In this document: in pieces, positions 29,063 to 40,063 of the stretch
Layout: every line of letters begins with the position of its first letter
Position numbering within the stretch: the stretch's first letter is position 1
NCBI RefSeq assembly: GCF_019752415.1
Contig: NZ_JAIEME010000039.1
Coordinates: 5,241-69,240 of the forward strand
Origin: Nitrosomonas sp.
GTDB taxonomy: Bacteria; Pseudomonadota; Gammaproteobacteria; Burkholderiales; Nitrosomonadaceae
Direction of reading: 5' to 3'
DNA length: 64,000 nucleotides
Made by a program: the position numbers and the translations under genes
Notes under the pieces: model-generated
What the model saw: the letters and a program-made list of their open reading frames with translations, nothing else
What the model was told of the DNA's origin: nothing
Database searches by the model: none

Positions 29063-29794
29063 TTAATGGACACAGTGGAGCAGGCGATCAGTTTCTACTT
29101 TAACCACTTGATAGCACTCACAGGCCCGGTCTTCTATGCCCGCCCGGTCTAGCACGGTAATATGGCCACGGTGGTGTTCAATTAATCCCTCTAACTGTAA
29201 TTTTTGAGTAGCCTCCGTGATACCTTCTCGGCGCACCCCCAGCATATTGGCGATCAGTTCCTGTGTGATGATCAACTCGTCCGAAACCTGCCGATCAATG
29301 GTTGTCAGCAGCCAGCGGCAAAATCTTTGATCTATCGAATGAAACCGATTGCAGACCGCCGTCTGTGCTACCTGTGTAATCAACGCTTGAGAGTAACGTA
29401 GCATTAAATGGTGTAACGACTCATCATTAGGTCTCTCAGGAAGATGCTCGAATTCTTGCAAAAATATATGCTTCCGCAGCCGATAAGCACATCCCTGGCT
29501 ACGCACGACGGCCCAATTCGGCATGCTTTTCCCGCCCATGATGAGGAAGATACCGACGACGCCTTCATTGCCGACCGAGGCTATTTCTGTAGACCCGCCA
29601 TCCTGCGTGTAAATAAACTTGGATACGATACAAGTCGTTGGAAAATAGGCGTAAGGCAATTCTTCACCCGGTTCATAAAGAATTTTACCGTTGAGCAACG
29701 AAAGCCGCTCCAGATGGGGAGAAATACGCTCATAAATATTTGTTGGCAGGGCGTTGAGAAGATAGTTTTGCCGAGGAGTATTCAAGTTATTCAT
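29063..29794 (-). CDS. Crp/Fnr-family transcriptional regulator
   Basis: 243 aa. cNMP-binding-like N-terminal domain and C-terminal HTH (TQELIANMLGVRREGITEATQKLQ). Confidence 0.8.
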   Translation of the reverse strand: MNNLNTPRQNYLLNALPTNIYERISPHLERLSLLNGKILYEPGEELPYAYFPTTCIVSKFIYTQDGGSTEIASVGNEGVVGIFLIMGGKSMPNWAVVRSQGCAYRLRKHIFLQEFEHLPERPNDESLHHLMLRYSQALITQVAQTAVCNRFHSIDQRFCRWLLTTIDRQVSDELIITQELIANMLGVRREGITEATQKLQLEGLIEHHRGHITVLDRAGIEDRACECYQVVKVETDRLLHCVH

Positions 29795-30375
29795 ATCTAT
29801 TCTCCAGATTAGTTGTTATTTTTATTTTAGATTAGACGGAAAATCACTATTAACAGAACGGTTCTTCAAGGTCGTATTTTTAACATGAAGCGCTTTGAGA
29901 AAAAATTAGGGCAACTACTTACTTAAGAGTTAATCTTTGGGTATTGAGGAGAATCGCATCTTGCAGGTTTTATGCGAAATACGAACATGTTCGAGCGATG
30001 GAGACGGCCATTAAACGGTACGGTTCTCCAGTGCGGCGAAGGCCAGAACGGGGAAATTCTAATCAAACTACTTTATGGCCAAATCAACAAATGTTTTGTT
30101 GATTACTTAGAAAGTGGATCGGTGTTTACCAATAAATCGATACTTATTGATATTCTTCACGGTATGGATAAAATTATTGTGCAGACTAGGATAGTTCGAA
30201 TAGAATTCTTTAAATTAAAATCAAATTCATAATAGTCTGAGAAAAAATCCCTTTCTTTCGTAAGTAATTTTTATGTGCATACAACTTTTTGCGATGGATC
30301 GACGTTATCATTTAGCCTAACATCAAATTGAAAATCTTATTTCGGTTATAAAATGAGCATTGCCCCTAAAAATAG

Positions 30376-32249
30376 ATGGCCAAGCAATCAATAACGCAAT
30401 CTGCTTTTCTCTATTTCGATACGCAGCCGCCTTTGTTCCACTACGCTTTGGCGGTGCTGACAGTCACCTTAGCCTTGCTCGCGACGCTCAAAACTCCGGT
30501 CATTGGCGAGCGCACGGCATTCATGTTATTTTTTTTGCAATTATCCAGTCCACATTCTGGCTCGGACGAAATCCTGGAATCTGTGCCATCGCTTTATCTT
30601 TAATTGCGATTAATGCGTTTATATTATTTCCGATTTGGGCTTCTGCACCCTACGATGCTTTTATTTTAAACGCAGGCTTTTGCATTTTGTCTGTTGTTAT
30701 CATCGCCACAACCAATCTCCATCGCAGGTCAACTACGGCGCTGTGGAAAAGCCAGAAACGCTATATCGAGATAGTTGAGTCGGCAAGAGATGCGATAATC
30801 ACAATCGATGCTAATCAAGCTATTCTGGTGTTCAATTTAGCAGCGGAAGATATGTTTGGTTGTACGGAAAATGATGCCATCGGAAAACCCATTGAACGTT
30901 TTATCCCGGAACGCTTTCGCTTCGACCACTGCTGCACGCATATTCATGCTTCTGGTTATTCCGGCTCCACGAACCATAACACACCCGAACTGTATGCTGT
31001 GACAGGTCTCCGTACTAATGGCGAGAAATTTCCTATCGAAGCCACCATATCTTGCTACGAAACAAACGGCAAGAAAACGTTCACTGTCATCCTGCGCGAT
31101 GTTTCTGAGCGATTGCGCACGGAAGTTGCATTGCGTAAAAGCGAAGCGCAGCTTGCCCTAATAGTTGATGAAGTGAAAGCAGGTTATTGGGACTGGGATC
31201 TCATATCACACACATTGTACTTTTCGTCCGAATGGAAGCAGCAAATCGGCATGGACGAAAAGGAAATACCCAACAGCTGGGAAGAATGGAGGAACCGCTT
31301 GCATCCCGACGACCAGGAATCGGTTTTAACAGCTATTGAAAACTATATCGCCGAACGTCAACCAGTCTTTGATATGGAATTTCGCTTACGCCATCAGGAT
31401 GGCTCGTACCGCTGGATTCACTCCCGTGGCGGATTGTTGCGCGATCACAATAACCATCCCTATCGAATGCTGGGTATCAATTTAGACATTACGGACTACA
31501 AGAAGGCAAAAGAGCTGAATTTACGGCGCGATTCGATGGAAAAAGCATTCCGATTATACGTCGCCAGCCAAACAGCCATCGCTATCGCGCACGAACTGAA
31601 CCAGCCACTCACCGCTCTCTCCTCCTATACGGATCTCGCGTTGACTATGCTGCCAAACGCCAACAAAGATTCGCAAAAATTCTCTCACATATTGAAAAAT
31701 TGTTCGCTCCAAGCACTTCGTGCCTGCGAAGTGATACAGCAGCTGATGAGCGTATTGCATAAGGGAGAGACTGTCATCGAAACGATAGATATCAATAATT
31801 CAATCCTTGAAGCGCTCGACTTTATCAAGATGAATGGATATTTAGATTTAGGTGCTTTTAAATTCGAAATGGATCTCGCAGACGGCCTGCCGCTGGTTGC
31901 GGGCAATGGTCTACAAATCCAAAAGATACTGACTATTCTGTTGCAAAATGGCTTAGAGTCTATGCAAGAAAGCGGGAGAAACACTGGAATCATCACCATC
32001 ACATCGCGTTGCTGCGCCGATGATCCGTCTAGGGTGCATGTAACAGTATGCGATAGTGGAATTGGCGTGGAGGACACCGCCGCGCTTAAACTCATTTTCC
32101 AACCCTTCTACACCACCAAATCCGCGGGCTTAGGCATGGGTCTTGCCGTTAGTCGTACCCTGATAGAAGCGCACAACGGAAAGATATGGGCTGAGGAAAA
32201 TGCCGGTTTTGGTATAAGTGTCCACTTTACTTTACCCTTTGTGATATGA
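30376..32249 (+). CDS. PAS-domain sensor histidine kinase (FixL-like), apparent 1-nt frameshift at a T8 run
   Basis: The ATG frame (30376) encodes a DUF4118-like membrane N-terminus (HYALAVLTVTLALLATL..ERTAFMLFF), and the membrane domain continues in the frame of ORF 30360 (AIIQSTFWLGRNPGICAIALSLIAINAFILFP). Then PAS domains, H-box HELNQPLTAL, and an ATPase domain (GLGMGLAVSRTLIEAHNG). Confidence 0.75.
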
Positions 32250-32908
32250 GTACTGAACCTTGCGTTTTTATTGTCGATGACGATTATGCGGTACGCGATG
32301 CACTCAGGCTGGTAATCGAAAATGCCGGTCTTGCCTGTCGGACTTTTGAAAGCGCCGAGCACTTTCTGCAAACTTCCTCTCTGAATGAATACGGCTGCTT
32401 GCTGCTCGACGTTAACATGCCGGGAATGAATGGCGATGAATTGCAAGCCGAACTCAACCGTCGCAATATGCACTTTCCGATTATTTTCCTCACCGCATAT
32501 GGCAGCATACCTCAAACAGTTCGTGCAATGAAAGCTGGGGCAATCGATTATCTAACGAAACCTATTTCAAACGATCTGCTAATAAAACGCATTCAGGCAG
32601 TGTTGCAAGAAACAGCTAAGCTGAAAGAAAAAGATCTGGCAATACAACTGCTAAATAACCGCCTAAATGATCTGACCAGTCGCGAACGAGAGATTTTACC
32701 GTTGATTGCAGTTGGCCACTCCAATAAGGAAATTGGTCTGCAACTTGGAATAAGTTACCGTACCATTGAAGTTCATCGCGCGCGAATATTACGCAAGACC
32801 GGCATGACCAATATCCTGGAATTAGGGCGCCTGTGCGAAGCATGCCAATTGGCGTCAGGCCAAGCTCCTCACGAAATGAATGTAAAATCCAACTTTCCAG
32901 AATCGTGA
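32246..32908 (+). CDS. FixJ/LuxR-family response regulator
   Basis: 220 aa. Receiver (VFIVDDD..LLLDVNMPGMNG). LuxR HTH (LTSREREILPLIAVGHSNKEIGLQLGISYRTIEVHR). 4-nt overlap with the kinase gene. Confidence 0.85.
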   Translation: MSTEPCVFIVDDDYAVRDALRLVIENAGLACRTFESAEHFLQTSSLNEYGCLLLDVNMPGMNGDELQAELNRRNMHFPIIFLTAYGSIPQTVRAMKAGAIDYLTKPISNDLLIKRIQAVLQETAKLKEKDLAIQLLNNRLNDLTSREREILPLIAVGHSNKEIGLQLGISYRTIEVHRARILRKTGMTNILELGRLCEACQLASGQAPHEMNVKSNFPES

Positions 32909-33010
32909 ATTATCATCATTCTGCAAACCTGTATTAACAGGATACCGTATAAAAAATTGGAAAACGCTTAATTGGATTGTCAGTAACACTAACAATCCTC
33001 AGAATTAAAC

Positions 33011-35407
33011 ATGGGCATATTAATCGATAACAGATCGCATGAAGCGCTATTAGCCGAGATAGAGGCTCTACGCCTTCGTCTCGAAAAAACCGAGCAAATG
33101 TTGCAAGGTTACGAAAGTGTATACCGGATTCTGATCGAGACCATGAACGAAGGTGCCGCTATCCTAACAAAGGGCGGTGTGATCCTCTATTGTAATGACC
33201 GCCTGGCTAAACTGCTGCAAGTACCGCTAGATCAACTCATCGGATCTTCGTTTGGAGCTTATGTGCCCCCCTCGGATTACCCATTGATCACATCCCTTCT
33301 GGAAAATCAAACCCAGGGTTGCGATAAACAGGAACTCTCCTTGATAAGTGGAGTGGGTAAATCCATACCAGTGCTATTTTCCTGCTGCACCTTAGGATTT
33401 TCTGGCAACCAGCGGATAAGCGTGATCATCACCGACATTACTGAGCGCAATCAGGGAAAGATGGAGCTTCTTGCCAGTGAGAAGGGATTTCGTCTTTTAG
33501 CCGAAGGTATGCCACAAATTGTCTGGGTCACTCGGGCAGATGGCTGGAACTGTTATTTCAACCAACAATGGGTGGAATATACAGGACTCACACTAGAAGA
33601 AAGCTACGGTCACGGATGGAATAAACCATTTCACCCCAACGACCAACAACGCGCTTGGGATGCCTGGCAGAATGCAGTAACAAACAATGACTCCTATTCA
33701 CTTGAATGCCGGTTGCGTCGCGCTGACGGGATTTATCGCTGGTGGTTGATTCGCGGGGTGCCTGTTTTAAACAACGAGGGAAATATTCAAAATTGGTTTG
33801 GTACTTGTACGGATATCGAAAACATTAAACAAGCAGAGACGCAAATACAAATAGCAGCCGAAAGAGAGCGTGCCGCTGCGGCACTCCGCGAGAGTGAGGC
33901 GTTGTACCGCGCCATCGGAGAATCCATTGATTATGGCGTTTGGGTTTGCGATTCAGAAGGACGAAACATTTATGCAAGCCCCAGTTTTCTCAAGCTCGTC
34001 GGACTCACCCAGGATCAATGCTCGAATTTCGGATGGGGTAACGTGTTGCATCCCGACGATGCCGAAAGCACCCTTTCGGCGTGGCAAGAGTGTATCCGCA
34101 CGGGTGGTGTGTGGGATATTGAGCATCGTTTCCGCGGGGCGGATGGGCAATGGCATCCCATTCTAGCCCGCTGCGTACCGGTGCGGGACAATAACGGAAA
34201 TATCAAATACTGGGCTGGTATCAATCTCGACATCACCGAACAGAAAAAGACTGAAGCGTTACTGCGCGAATCCGACCGGCGCAAAGACGAATTCTTGGCC
34301 ATGCTCGGTCACGAACTGCGCAATCCGCTCACACCCATCAGTAATGTGGCTCAGGTCTTGTCTTCATTCCCTTTCCAGGAATCCACACTGAATTGGGCCA
34401 CTGAGACACTGAATCGTAATGTGACCCATATTACCAAACTTGTCGATGACCTATTGGATGTTTCGCGCATCACCAGAGGCCTAGTGAAGATCCAACGGGA
34501 ACGTGTCGAGCTGGTTAAGCTGCTCAAAGATTTGACAGAATCAATTTTGCCATTAATCCAAACGAAACATCAAACGCTCAATCTCGAATTGCCAACACAG
34601 CCGATCTATCTGCAAGGCGACCCCATCCGCCTCACCCAGGTGTTCACCAATCTGCTTAACAATGCTATTAAATATACCGATGCGGGTGGCTGTATTGACC
34701 TGAGCGCAAGTGTCGAATGTTCATCAATCTTCGTTCACGTCCGGGACAATGGCATGGGCATTGAACCGCAATTGCTGCCTCATATCTTCGATCTATTCAT
34801 CCAAGAAACAATAGGGCTCGACCGCTCCGAAGGTGGCTTGGGACTTGGTCTTACCTTGGCGAAGAAGCTGGTCGAACTACATGGCGGCCAAATCACAGCT
34901 CACAGCCAAGGTGTCAACCAGGGTTCACAATTCTTGATTCAATTACCCGAACTCGTAGAGGAAACAATCCTGACAACACCACTGATTCCGCGGAGCTCAA
35001 CTAAAGAAACTGAACAAGGTTTGCGAGTTTTGCTGATTGATGATAATGAAGATGTTGTGGAAAGTACCGCTTTATGGTTTGAGATGTCAGGACATCAAAT
35101 AGCGATTGCACGCAACGGAACACAGGGCATATCTGCTGCACAGACATTTGAGCCTGATGTCATTTTGTTGGATATCGGACTACCCGACATAGATGGTTAT
35201 CAGGTCGCCAGAAAGCTACGTAAACTGCCTACTACCCGGCGGGTGTTGATTATTGCCTTGAGCGGCTATGTGCTAAATAAGACTTTGCTCGGGGAAGTAA
35301 CTGACTTTGATCATTATCTGTTAAAGCCGCCCGACTTTAACCAATTGAGGCATTTGCTTGCCGAATACGAACGCTCTAATCAGAGTACAAGAGATCTATA
35401 TTCATAA
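33011..35407 (+). CDS. hybrid sensor histidine kinase (multiple PAS domains, HisKA, HATPase, receiver)
   Basis: 798 aa. PAS/PAC blocks (YRWWLIRGVPV, WHPILARCVPV). H-box FLAMLGHELRNPL. G-boxes. C-terminal receiver (VLLIDDNEDV..ILLDIGLPDIDG). Confidence 0.85.
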   Translation: MGILIDNRSHEALLAEIEALRLRLEKTEQMLQGYESVYRILIETMNEGAAILTKGGVILYCNDRLAKLLQVPLDQLIGSSFGAYVPPSDYPLITSLLENQTQGCDKQELSLISGVGKSIPVLFSCCTLGFSGNQRISVIITDITERNQGKMELLASEKGFRLLAEGMPQIVWVTRADGWNCYFNQQWVEYTGLTLEESYGHGWNKPFHPNDQQRAWDAWQNAVTNNDSYSLECRLRRADGIYRWWLIRGVPVLNNEGNIQNWFGTCTDIENIKQAETQIQIAAERERAAAALRESEALYRAIGESIDYGVWVCDSEGRNIYASPSFLKLVGLTQDQCSNFGWGNVLHPDDAESTLSAWQECIRTGGVWDIEHRFRGADGQWHPILARCVPVRDNNGNIKYWAGINLDITEQKKTEALLRESDRRKDEFLAMLGHELRNPLTPISNVAQVLSSFPFQESTLNWATETLNRNVTHITKLVDDLLDVSRITRGLVKIQRERVELVKLLKDLTESILPLIQTKHQTLNLELPTQPIYLQGDPIRLTQVFTNLLNNAIKYTDAGGCIDLSASVECSSIFVHVRDNGMGIEPQLLPHIFDLFIQETIGLDRSEGGLGLGLTLAKKLVELHGGQITAHSQGVNQGSQFLIQLPELVEETILTTPLIPRSSTKETEQGLRVLLIDDNEDVVESTALWFEMSGHQIAIARNGTQGISAAQTFEPDVILLDIGLPDIDGYQVARKLRKLPTTRRVLIIALSGYVLNKTLLGEVTDFDHYLLKPPDFNQLRHLLAEYERSNQSTRDLYS

Positions 35408-35563
35408 AAAGACTCATCTTCCGCTATCATTATCACAGTGTAATATTGCGTTTATGTGCAACCCCGGATGAGGGTAGCGAAAGAATATTAGAAATAAACT
35501 TGCTGTTTAATCCTTTGGGCATGACGATTATCAACCGCCTTCAACTTCACAAAATAACTTCTC

Positions 35564-37081
35564 ATGATTTCTGGATCCAATTTTAACTTGACGGCTTTCG
35601 ATTCGTTCGAATCCCAGAAAAAACGGCTTTGCCTTCTCAGTAAAACAGCCGAAATGGGCGATTGGTCTCATACTTTCAAGACTGATATTACGATCTGGTC
35701 TGAGTATCTTTATGACTTTTACGAATTAGACAGAAACTATAATTACTCAGACCTACTTGAAAGCACGCATTTTTATCAGAGACCTGAGAAAGAAAAAATG
35801 CTCGCATTGATTGCACATGTCACCATAGAAAAAACAGAGCGAACCGAAGAATTTATGATTGTGATGGATGATGGCAGACCCAAATGGCACACCACAACCA
35901 TTTACCCAATGCTTGATGAGCAGGGAGACCTAATCGGTTTGTATGGTATTTTGCAAAATGTCACTGCAAGAAAGAAGAGCGAATTGGAGTTACAGCGAAT
36001 GGCCATTGTTGCTGAGAAAACCAATGGCATCGTGATGATTACCGATCCCGAAAAGCGCGTGATATGGATCAATAATAGTTTTGAAAAAATCTTGGGGTAT
36101 AAATCTGAAGAGGTGATTGGAATTGATCCGGGGATTTTTCTCCAAGGACCGGAAACTTCTATCGAAACAATCCGTGAAATCACCCGCTCGCTAAGGGATA
36201 CAGGTACATTCTCCGGTGAAATTCTGAATTATACAAAAAGCGGCGACAAGATCTGGCTCTATCTTAATATCGCTGCGGTTTATGATGACACCGGTAAATT
36301 GATCAATTATGTCGCTGTTGAAAATGATATTACGCTAATAAAAATGGCGGAACAGCGGCTTCAAAAAGCTATGGAAAAAGAACGCGAACTCAATCGCTTT
36401 AAAACCCAATTCGTCAATCTGGCTTCACACCAGTTCCGTACTCCCCTTGCCACCATTCGTTCCAGCATTGATCTACTGGATCTGAGAACAGAATCAACCA
36501 ACCTTAGTACTCCCTTTATCGAGTTCTTTCAGAAACACAAAGCGATTATGGCAGAGGAAACAACGCGCATGACGGAACTGATGGAAAACATTTTGGATAT
36601 CGGCCGGATTGATGAAGGGAAAATAGAAATATCCAAAAAAAATCACCCATTCAAGCAGTTTATGGATGCATTTATTCAATCGAATATTGAACCAAATGGA
36701 CAGCAAAGAATGCTGAACTACCATTTTGATGCACCAGACCGCATTATCAGCATAGATGAAATTCTGCTACGGAATGTTTTACGCAACGTTGTGTCAAATG
36801 CATTTAAATATTCTGAAAATAAGCAAGCGCCTGAACTTACTGTTATTTTCCATGACAATTCTTATTTAATAACGATAAAGGACTATGGAATCGGTATTCC
36901 GGAAAAAGATCAGCCATTCCTGTTCCAATCATTTTTCCGGGCATCCAATGCCAAAGCTTTTCCCGGGAGCGGACTGGGGCTTATGATTGCCAAAAAATTA
37001 ATCCTAATACATGGCGGTGATATCAGTTTTGCAAGTAAATCCGGGAACGGATGCACGGTAACGATTCAATTGCGCTTATAA
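35564..37081 (+). CDS. PAS-domain sensor histidine kinase
   Basis: 505 aa. PAS domains. H-box FVNLASHQFRTPL. ATPase domain (GSGLGLMIAKKLILIHGG). Confidence 0.8.
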   Translation: MISGSNFNLTAFDSFESQKKRLCLLSKTAEMGDWSHTFKTDITIWSEYLYDFYELDRNYNYSDLLESTHFYQRPEKEKMLALIAHVTIEKTERTEEFMIVMDDGRPKWHTTTIYPMLDEQGDLIGLYGILQNVTARKKSELELQRMAIVAEKTNGIVMITDPEKRVIWINNSFEKILGYKSEEVIGIDPGIFLQGPETSIETIREITRSLRDTGTFSGEILNYTKSGDKIWLYLNIAAVYDDTGKLINYVAVENDITLIKMAEQRLQKAMEKERELNRFKTQFVNLASHQFRTPLATIRSSIDLLDLRTESTNLSTPFIEFFQKHKAIMAEETTRMTELMENILDIGRIDEGKIEISKKNHPFKQFMDAFIQSNIEPNGQQRMLNYHFDAPDRIISIDEILLRNVLRNVVSNAFKYSENKQAPELTVIFHDNSYLITIKDYGIGIPEKDQPFLFQSFFRASNAKAFPGSGLGLMIAKKLILIHGGDISFASKSGNGCTVTIQLRL

Positions 37082-37090
37082 ACAGAAACA

Positions 37091-37744
37091 ATGAACAATC
37101 CGCTGATTCTTTTGATAGAGGATGAAAAAGTGCTATGCGAAAACGTATCCGAGATTATTGCGCATTATGGTTTTCGCGTAATCAGCGCACCTACCGGTGA
37201 GGAAGGGATCACAATGGCATTGGAATATGCTCCAGATATCATCATTTGCGATATCATGCTCCCCGGAATAGATGGCTTCGAAGTACTCTCCAGAGTAAAG
37301 CAGATTCCGCAATTACCACCAACAGCATTTATTTTTCTGACCGCAAAATCGACTCGCTCAGATACCCGAATTGGGATGAATATGGGAGCCGATGACTACC
37401 TCACCAAGCCGTTTACGAAAGAAGAATTGATCAATAGCATCAGGGCTCGACTTGAGAAATTATCCAGAAAAAGTAAGCATCAACTGGAAAAGGATGAACT
37501 AATCGAGGCGACACTTGAGAAAATGACCAGCCTCACTAAAACAGAACGTAAAGTACTCAATGCGATATCCGAAGGATACACTACCCCGCAAATTGCTAAG
37601 AAGTTGTTTGTGAGCAATAAAACAATAGAAAATCATCGGGTCAATATTTCCAGAAAACTCAATCTGAGCGGTCCCAATAGCCTGATTAGTTTTGCGCTGC
37701 GTTTAAGAGCGCAACATCAAGACAACGACTCTCCAGTTAGTTGA
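37091..37744 (+). CDS. NarL/LuxR-family response regulator
   Basis: 217 aa. Receiver (ILLIEDE..IICDIMLPGIDG..K). LuxR HTH (LTKTERKVLNAISEGYTTPQIAKKLFVSNKTIENHR). Confidence 0.85.
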   Translation: MNNPLILLIEDEKVLCENVSEIIAHYGFRVISAPTGEEGITMALEYAPDIIICDIMLPGIDGFEVLSRVKQIPQLPPTAFIFLTAKSTRSDTRIGMNMGADDYLTKPFTKEELINSIRARLEKLSRKSKHQLEKDELIEATLEKMTSLTKTERKVLNAISEGYTTPQIAKKLFVSNKTIENHRVNISRKLNLSGPNSLISFALRLRAQHQDNDSPVS

Positions 37745-37822
37745 CATCAACGGCATCAAATTAACCCTCTTCAAGTTAAATTACTTCCGGCAGAGCCGGA
37801 GGCTTATAACTGGAGCCCCTCA

Positions 37823-38035
37823 TAGAGCTTACTCAGAAATTCAGCGATCAGATATGCACTGCCAAGTTAGAATTTTGGTTTGAGATGACTTAGCAGGCAC
37901 GCGCAAACGGGATTTCTCTGGGCATGCCTTTTTTGTTTCCCAAAATGCTATTTTGGCAGCAAGATTCCTCAGGCAAATAAGAACCCGCAACAAGATGAGC
38001 AGGTTCATAACCAGGAAGATGCAATTGATCCCATC
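37823..38035 (-). mobile_element. inverted partial copy of the IS5/IS1182-like element end
   Basis: The reverse complement aligns closely with ~28045-28259 (..IFLVMNLLIL..CLRNL(A/T)AKIAFW..) and ends at the same ..CTGAGTAAGCTCTA boundary. Confidence 0.65.
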
Positions 38036-38060
38036 ACAACTTCCAATCAAATAACTTCAC

Positions 38061-39334
38061 TTAACTTCTCTCTATAAGACCATAATGCAAGGACATACGA
38101 TAAGCGCTGAGCGATGGAATCAGTCCGAGTATAAATGTACTGAGGATAATGATTCCTACAATATCAGAGGTCTGGCTATTATTATATAAGTGATTGATAA
38201 ATATTCCATAATTTTCTGAAAGTGTTGATTGGGCCAACAAAATCCCAATTGATAAAACCACAATTGCAGCGATTATCCCAACCAAGGCGATCATTAAAGC
38301 TTCTATCTGAATGATCAAAAAAACAAACAGGGGGCTGGCACCAATGGCACGCATCACTGCGATTTCTCGTTGTCTTTCTCGTATTGATGAAAGCAACATG
38401 GTACTGAGCCCTAACAACGACGAGAATAAAACCAGGATGGAAATTAACCTAAGCGTATTTTCCATCGAATTCATCATTTGCCATAGCTCGGTCAGCATGA
38501 TGCCAGGCAAAATGGCAAGTAGCGGCTCTTTGGGATATTGATTAATATGGCGTTGCACAGAAAATATTGCCATTTTTGATTGCAATCCAATCATAAAAGC
38601 AGTAATGCTCTTGGGTGTTAAATCCAGTGCTTCAATGTCACTATCAGAAACCTTTTTACCTGGAATTTTTACCCCATCCCGTCAGTCCAGATGAATTGCT
38701 TCCATACCTTGCAGACTGATATACAACGTTTGATCTGCAGGCGTTCCCGTTGGTCTCAGGATCCCCTTGACTCTGAAAGGCTTACATCATGCATACTAAA
38801 ACTGATCCGACCAAGTCCATGAGCCAATAAGATTGGATCACCCACGCGATAGTTGAGTTTTTTGGCAACCTCAGCACCTAACACGACATCAAATAGCTGA
38901 GAAAAGGCTTCTCCTTCTGAAAAGGATAGCGCGGTATTTTTGCCAAACCGGAACCGCATGAAGAAATCATCTGTGGTGCCCATCACTCGGTATCCCTGAT
39001 GCGAATCTCCTAGAGAAATTGGTATTGTTCAGGCTACCTTAGGATCATCGGCCAGCTCACGGTAGCTCTGCCACGAAATATTGTTTGTTGGATTACCGAT
39101 GTGAAAAACAGAATAAAGCAGCAGGTTAAGCTGGCTAGTACGCGCACCAACAATAAGATCCACACCGGATACCGTTTTGCTGAAACTTTCTTTGGCTTCG
39201 TGCCGGATATGTTCAACACCAAGCAATACAAAGGTGCTGATTGCCACAGAAATTATTGCCAGTATTGTGGTGTATCTGCAATTTAGTAAACTATGCCAAG
39301 CAACTTTAGCGAACATTTGATGAAATCCTTGCAC
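38061..39334 (-). pseudogene. FtsX-type ABC transporter permease, disrupted (three ORF pieces)
   Basis: ORFs 39029-39334, 38756-38986 and 38061-38594 together read as one MacB/FtsX-like permease: N-terminal TM, periplasmic domain, then C-terminal ..RERQREIAVMRAIGASP.. with 3 TMs. They are in different frames and contain stops. Confidence 0.6.
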
Positions 39335-39509
39335 GATTGATCTCAGTCAAATTGACAACATGCTGAAAATCTTGAGCCAGTGCAACGTCATGACTGACAA
39401 AAACCAATGTAATGCCTTGCATCTGACTGATGTTGATCAGTAGTAAGGGCGCGCGCAAATCATGCAATATCCGGGTTAGGTTCATTCTGACAGCGTTCAC
39501 AAAATCCAT
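39306..39509 (-). pseudogene. C-terminal remnant of the cognate ABC ATPase
   Basis: Only ..GITLVFVSHDVALAQDFQHVVNLTEI.. is present. The Walker A, signature and Walker B regions are absent, and the upstream part is occupied by the 3' end of the Fur-family gene. Confidence 0.45.
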
Positions 39510-40053
39510 GCAGTTCCAATTGTCTTTTATTTAATGCGAAGCCTGTGCTTTGAATATCACGCTCCAGCTCTGACATAATCTGCTTTTTGATACCAATTTC
39601 TTTCACTGCATGACAACGGTCGCAAATCAGAAATTGTGGCATTTCATGCGGGTGATCGCAGGTAATATGAGCACAAATCATATACTGACCGGCTGTTTCA
39701 AGTTTATGAACCAGCTTTTCCTGAATCAGGAAATCCAACATGCGATAAACGGACATGACCGGTAGTGCTTCATTAAACCGGGTTTTATATCTCTCGACAA
39801 TTTCATAGGCAGAGAGCGGAATCGATGCGGTCAATAGCACTGTAAGCACATTCTTTCGCTTACTGGTTAGTTTAGCTCCCGTCAACGCACAAGCTTCTTG
39901 TGATTTCGTAAGGATCTGATCAATATCAGTTGGCACTCTAATTGGCTTCCAGTGGCATAGTAAGCATGTAAGAAGATTTGCTACAAGATTATAAATTGCA
40001 ATTGTGCGCCTATAACAGAGATGCACTTTAGTATGGATAGATTCATTACACAA
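39460..40053 (-). CDS. zur: Fur-family regulator, probably Zur
   Basis: ..LTSKRKNVLTVLL..LSAYEIVERY..MSVYRMLDFLIQEKLVHKLE..CDHPHE..LICDRCHAVKEI..LHGFCERCQ. Genomic context is CobW/TBDR with a Zur-box-like palindrome. The true start is probably downstream of the annotated ATG. Confidence 0.7.
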   Translation of the reverse strand: MCNESIHTKVHLCYRRTIAIYNLVANLLTCLLCHWKPIRVPTDIDQILTKSQEACALTGAKLTSKRKNVLTVLLTASIPLSAYEIVERYKTRFNEALPVMSVYRMLDFLIQEKLVHKLETAGQYMICAHITCDHPHEMPQFLICDRCHAVKEIGIKKQIMSELERDIQSTGFALNKRQLELHGFCERCQNEPNPDIA

Positions 40054-40063
40054 CAGTCAAAAT

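Noticed and set aside
30360-30530. The TTG-initiated N-terminus of ORF 30360-32249 (MPLKIDGQAINNAICFSLFRYAAAFVPLRFGGADSH...).
   Set aside because: This stretch is open by chance. The overlapping ATG frame (30376) encodes a convincing DUF4118-like membrane segment that continues into the kinase after a 1-nt shift at the T8 run.
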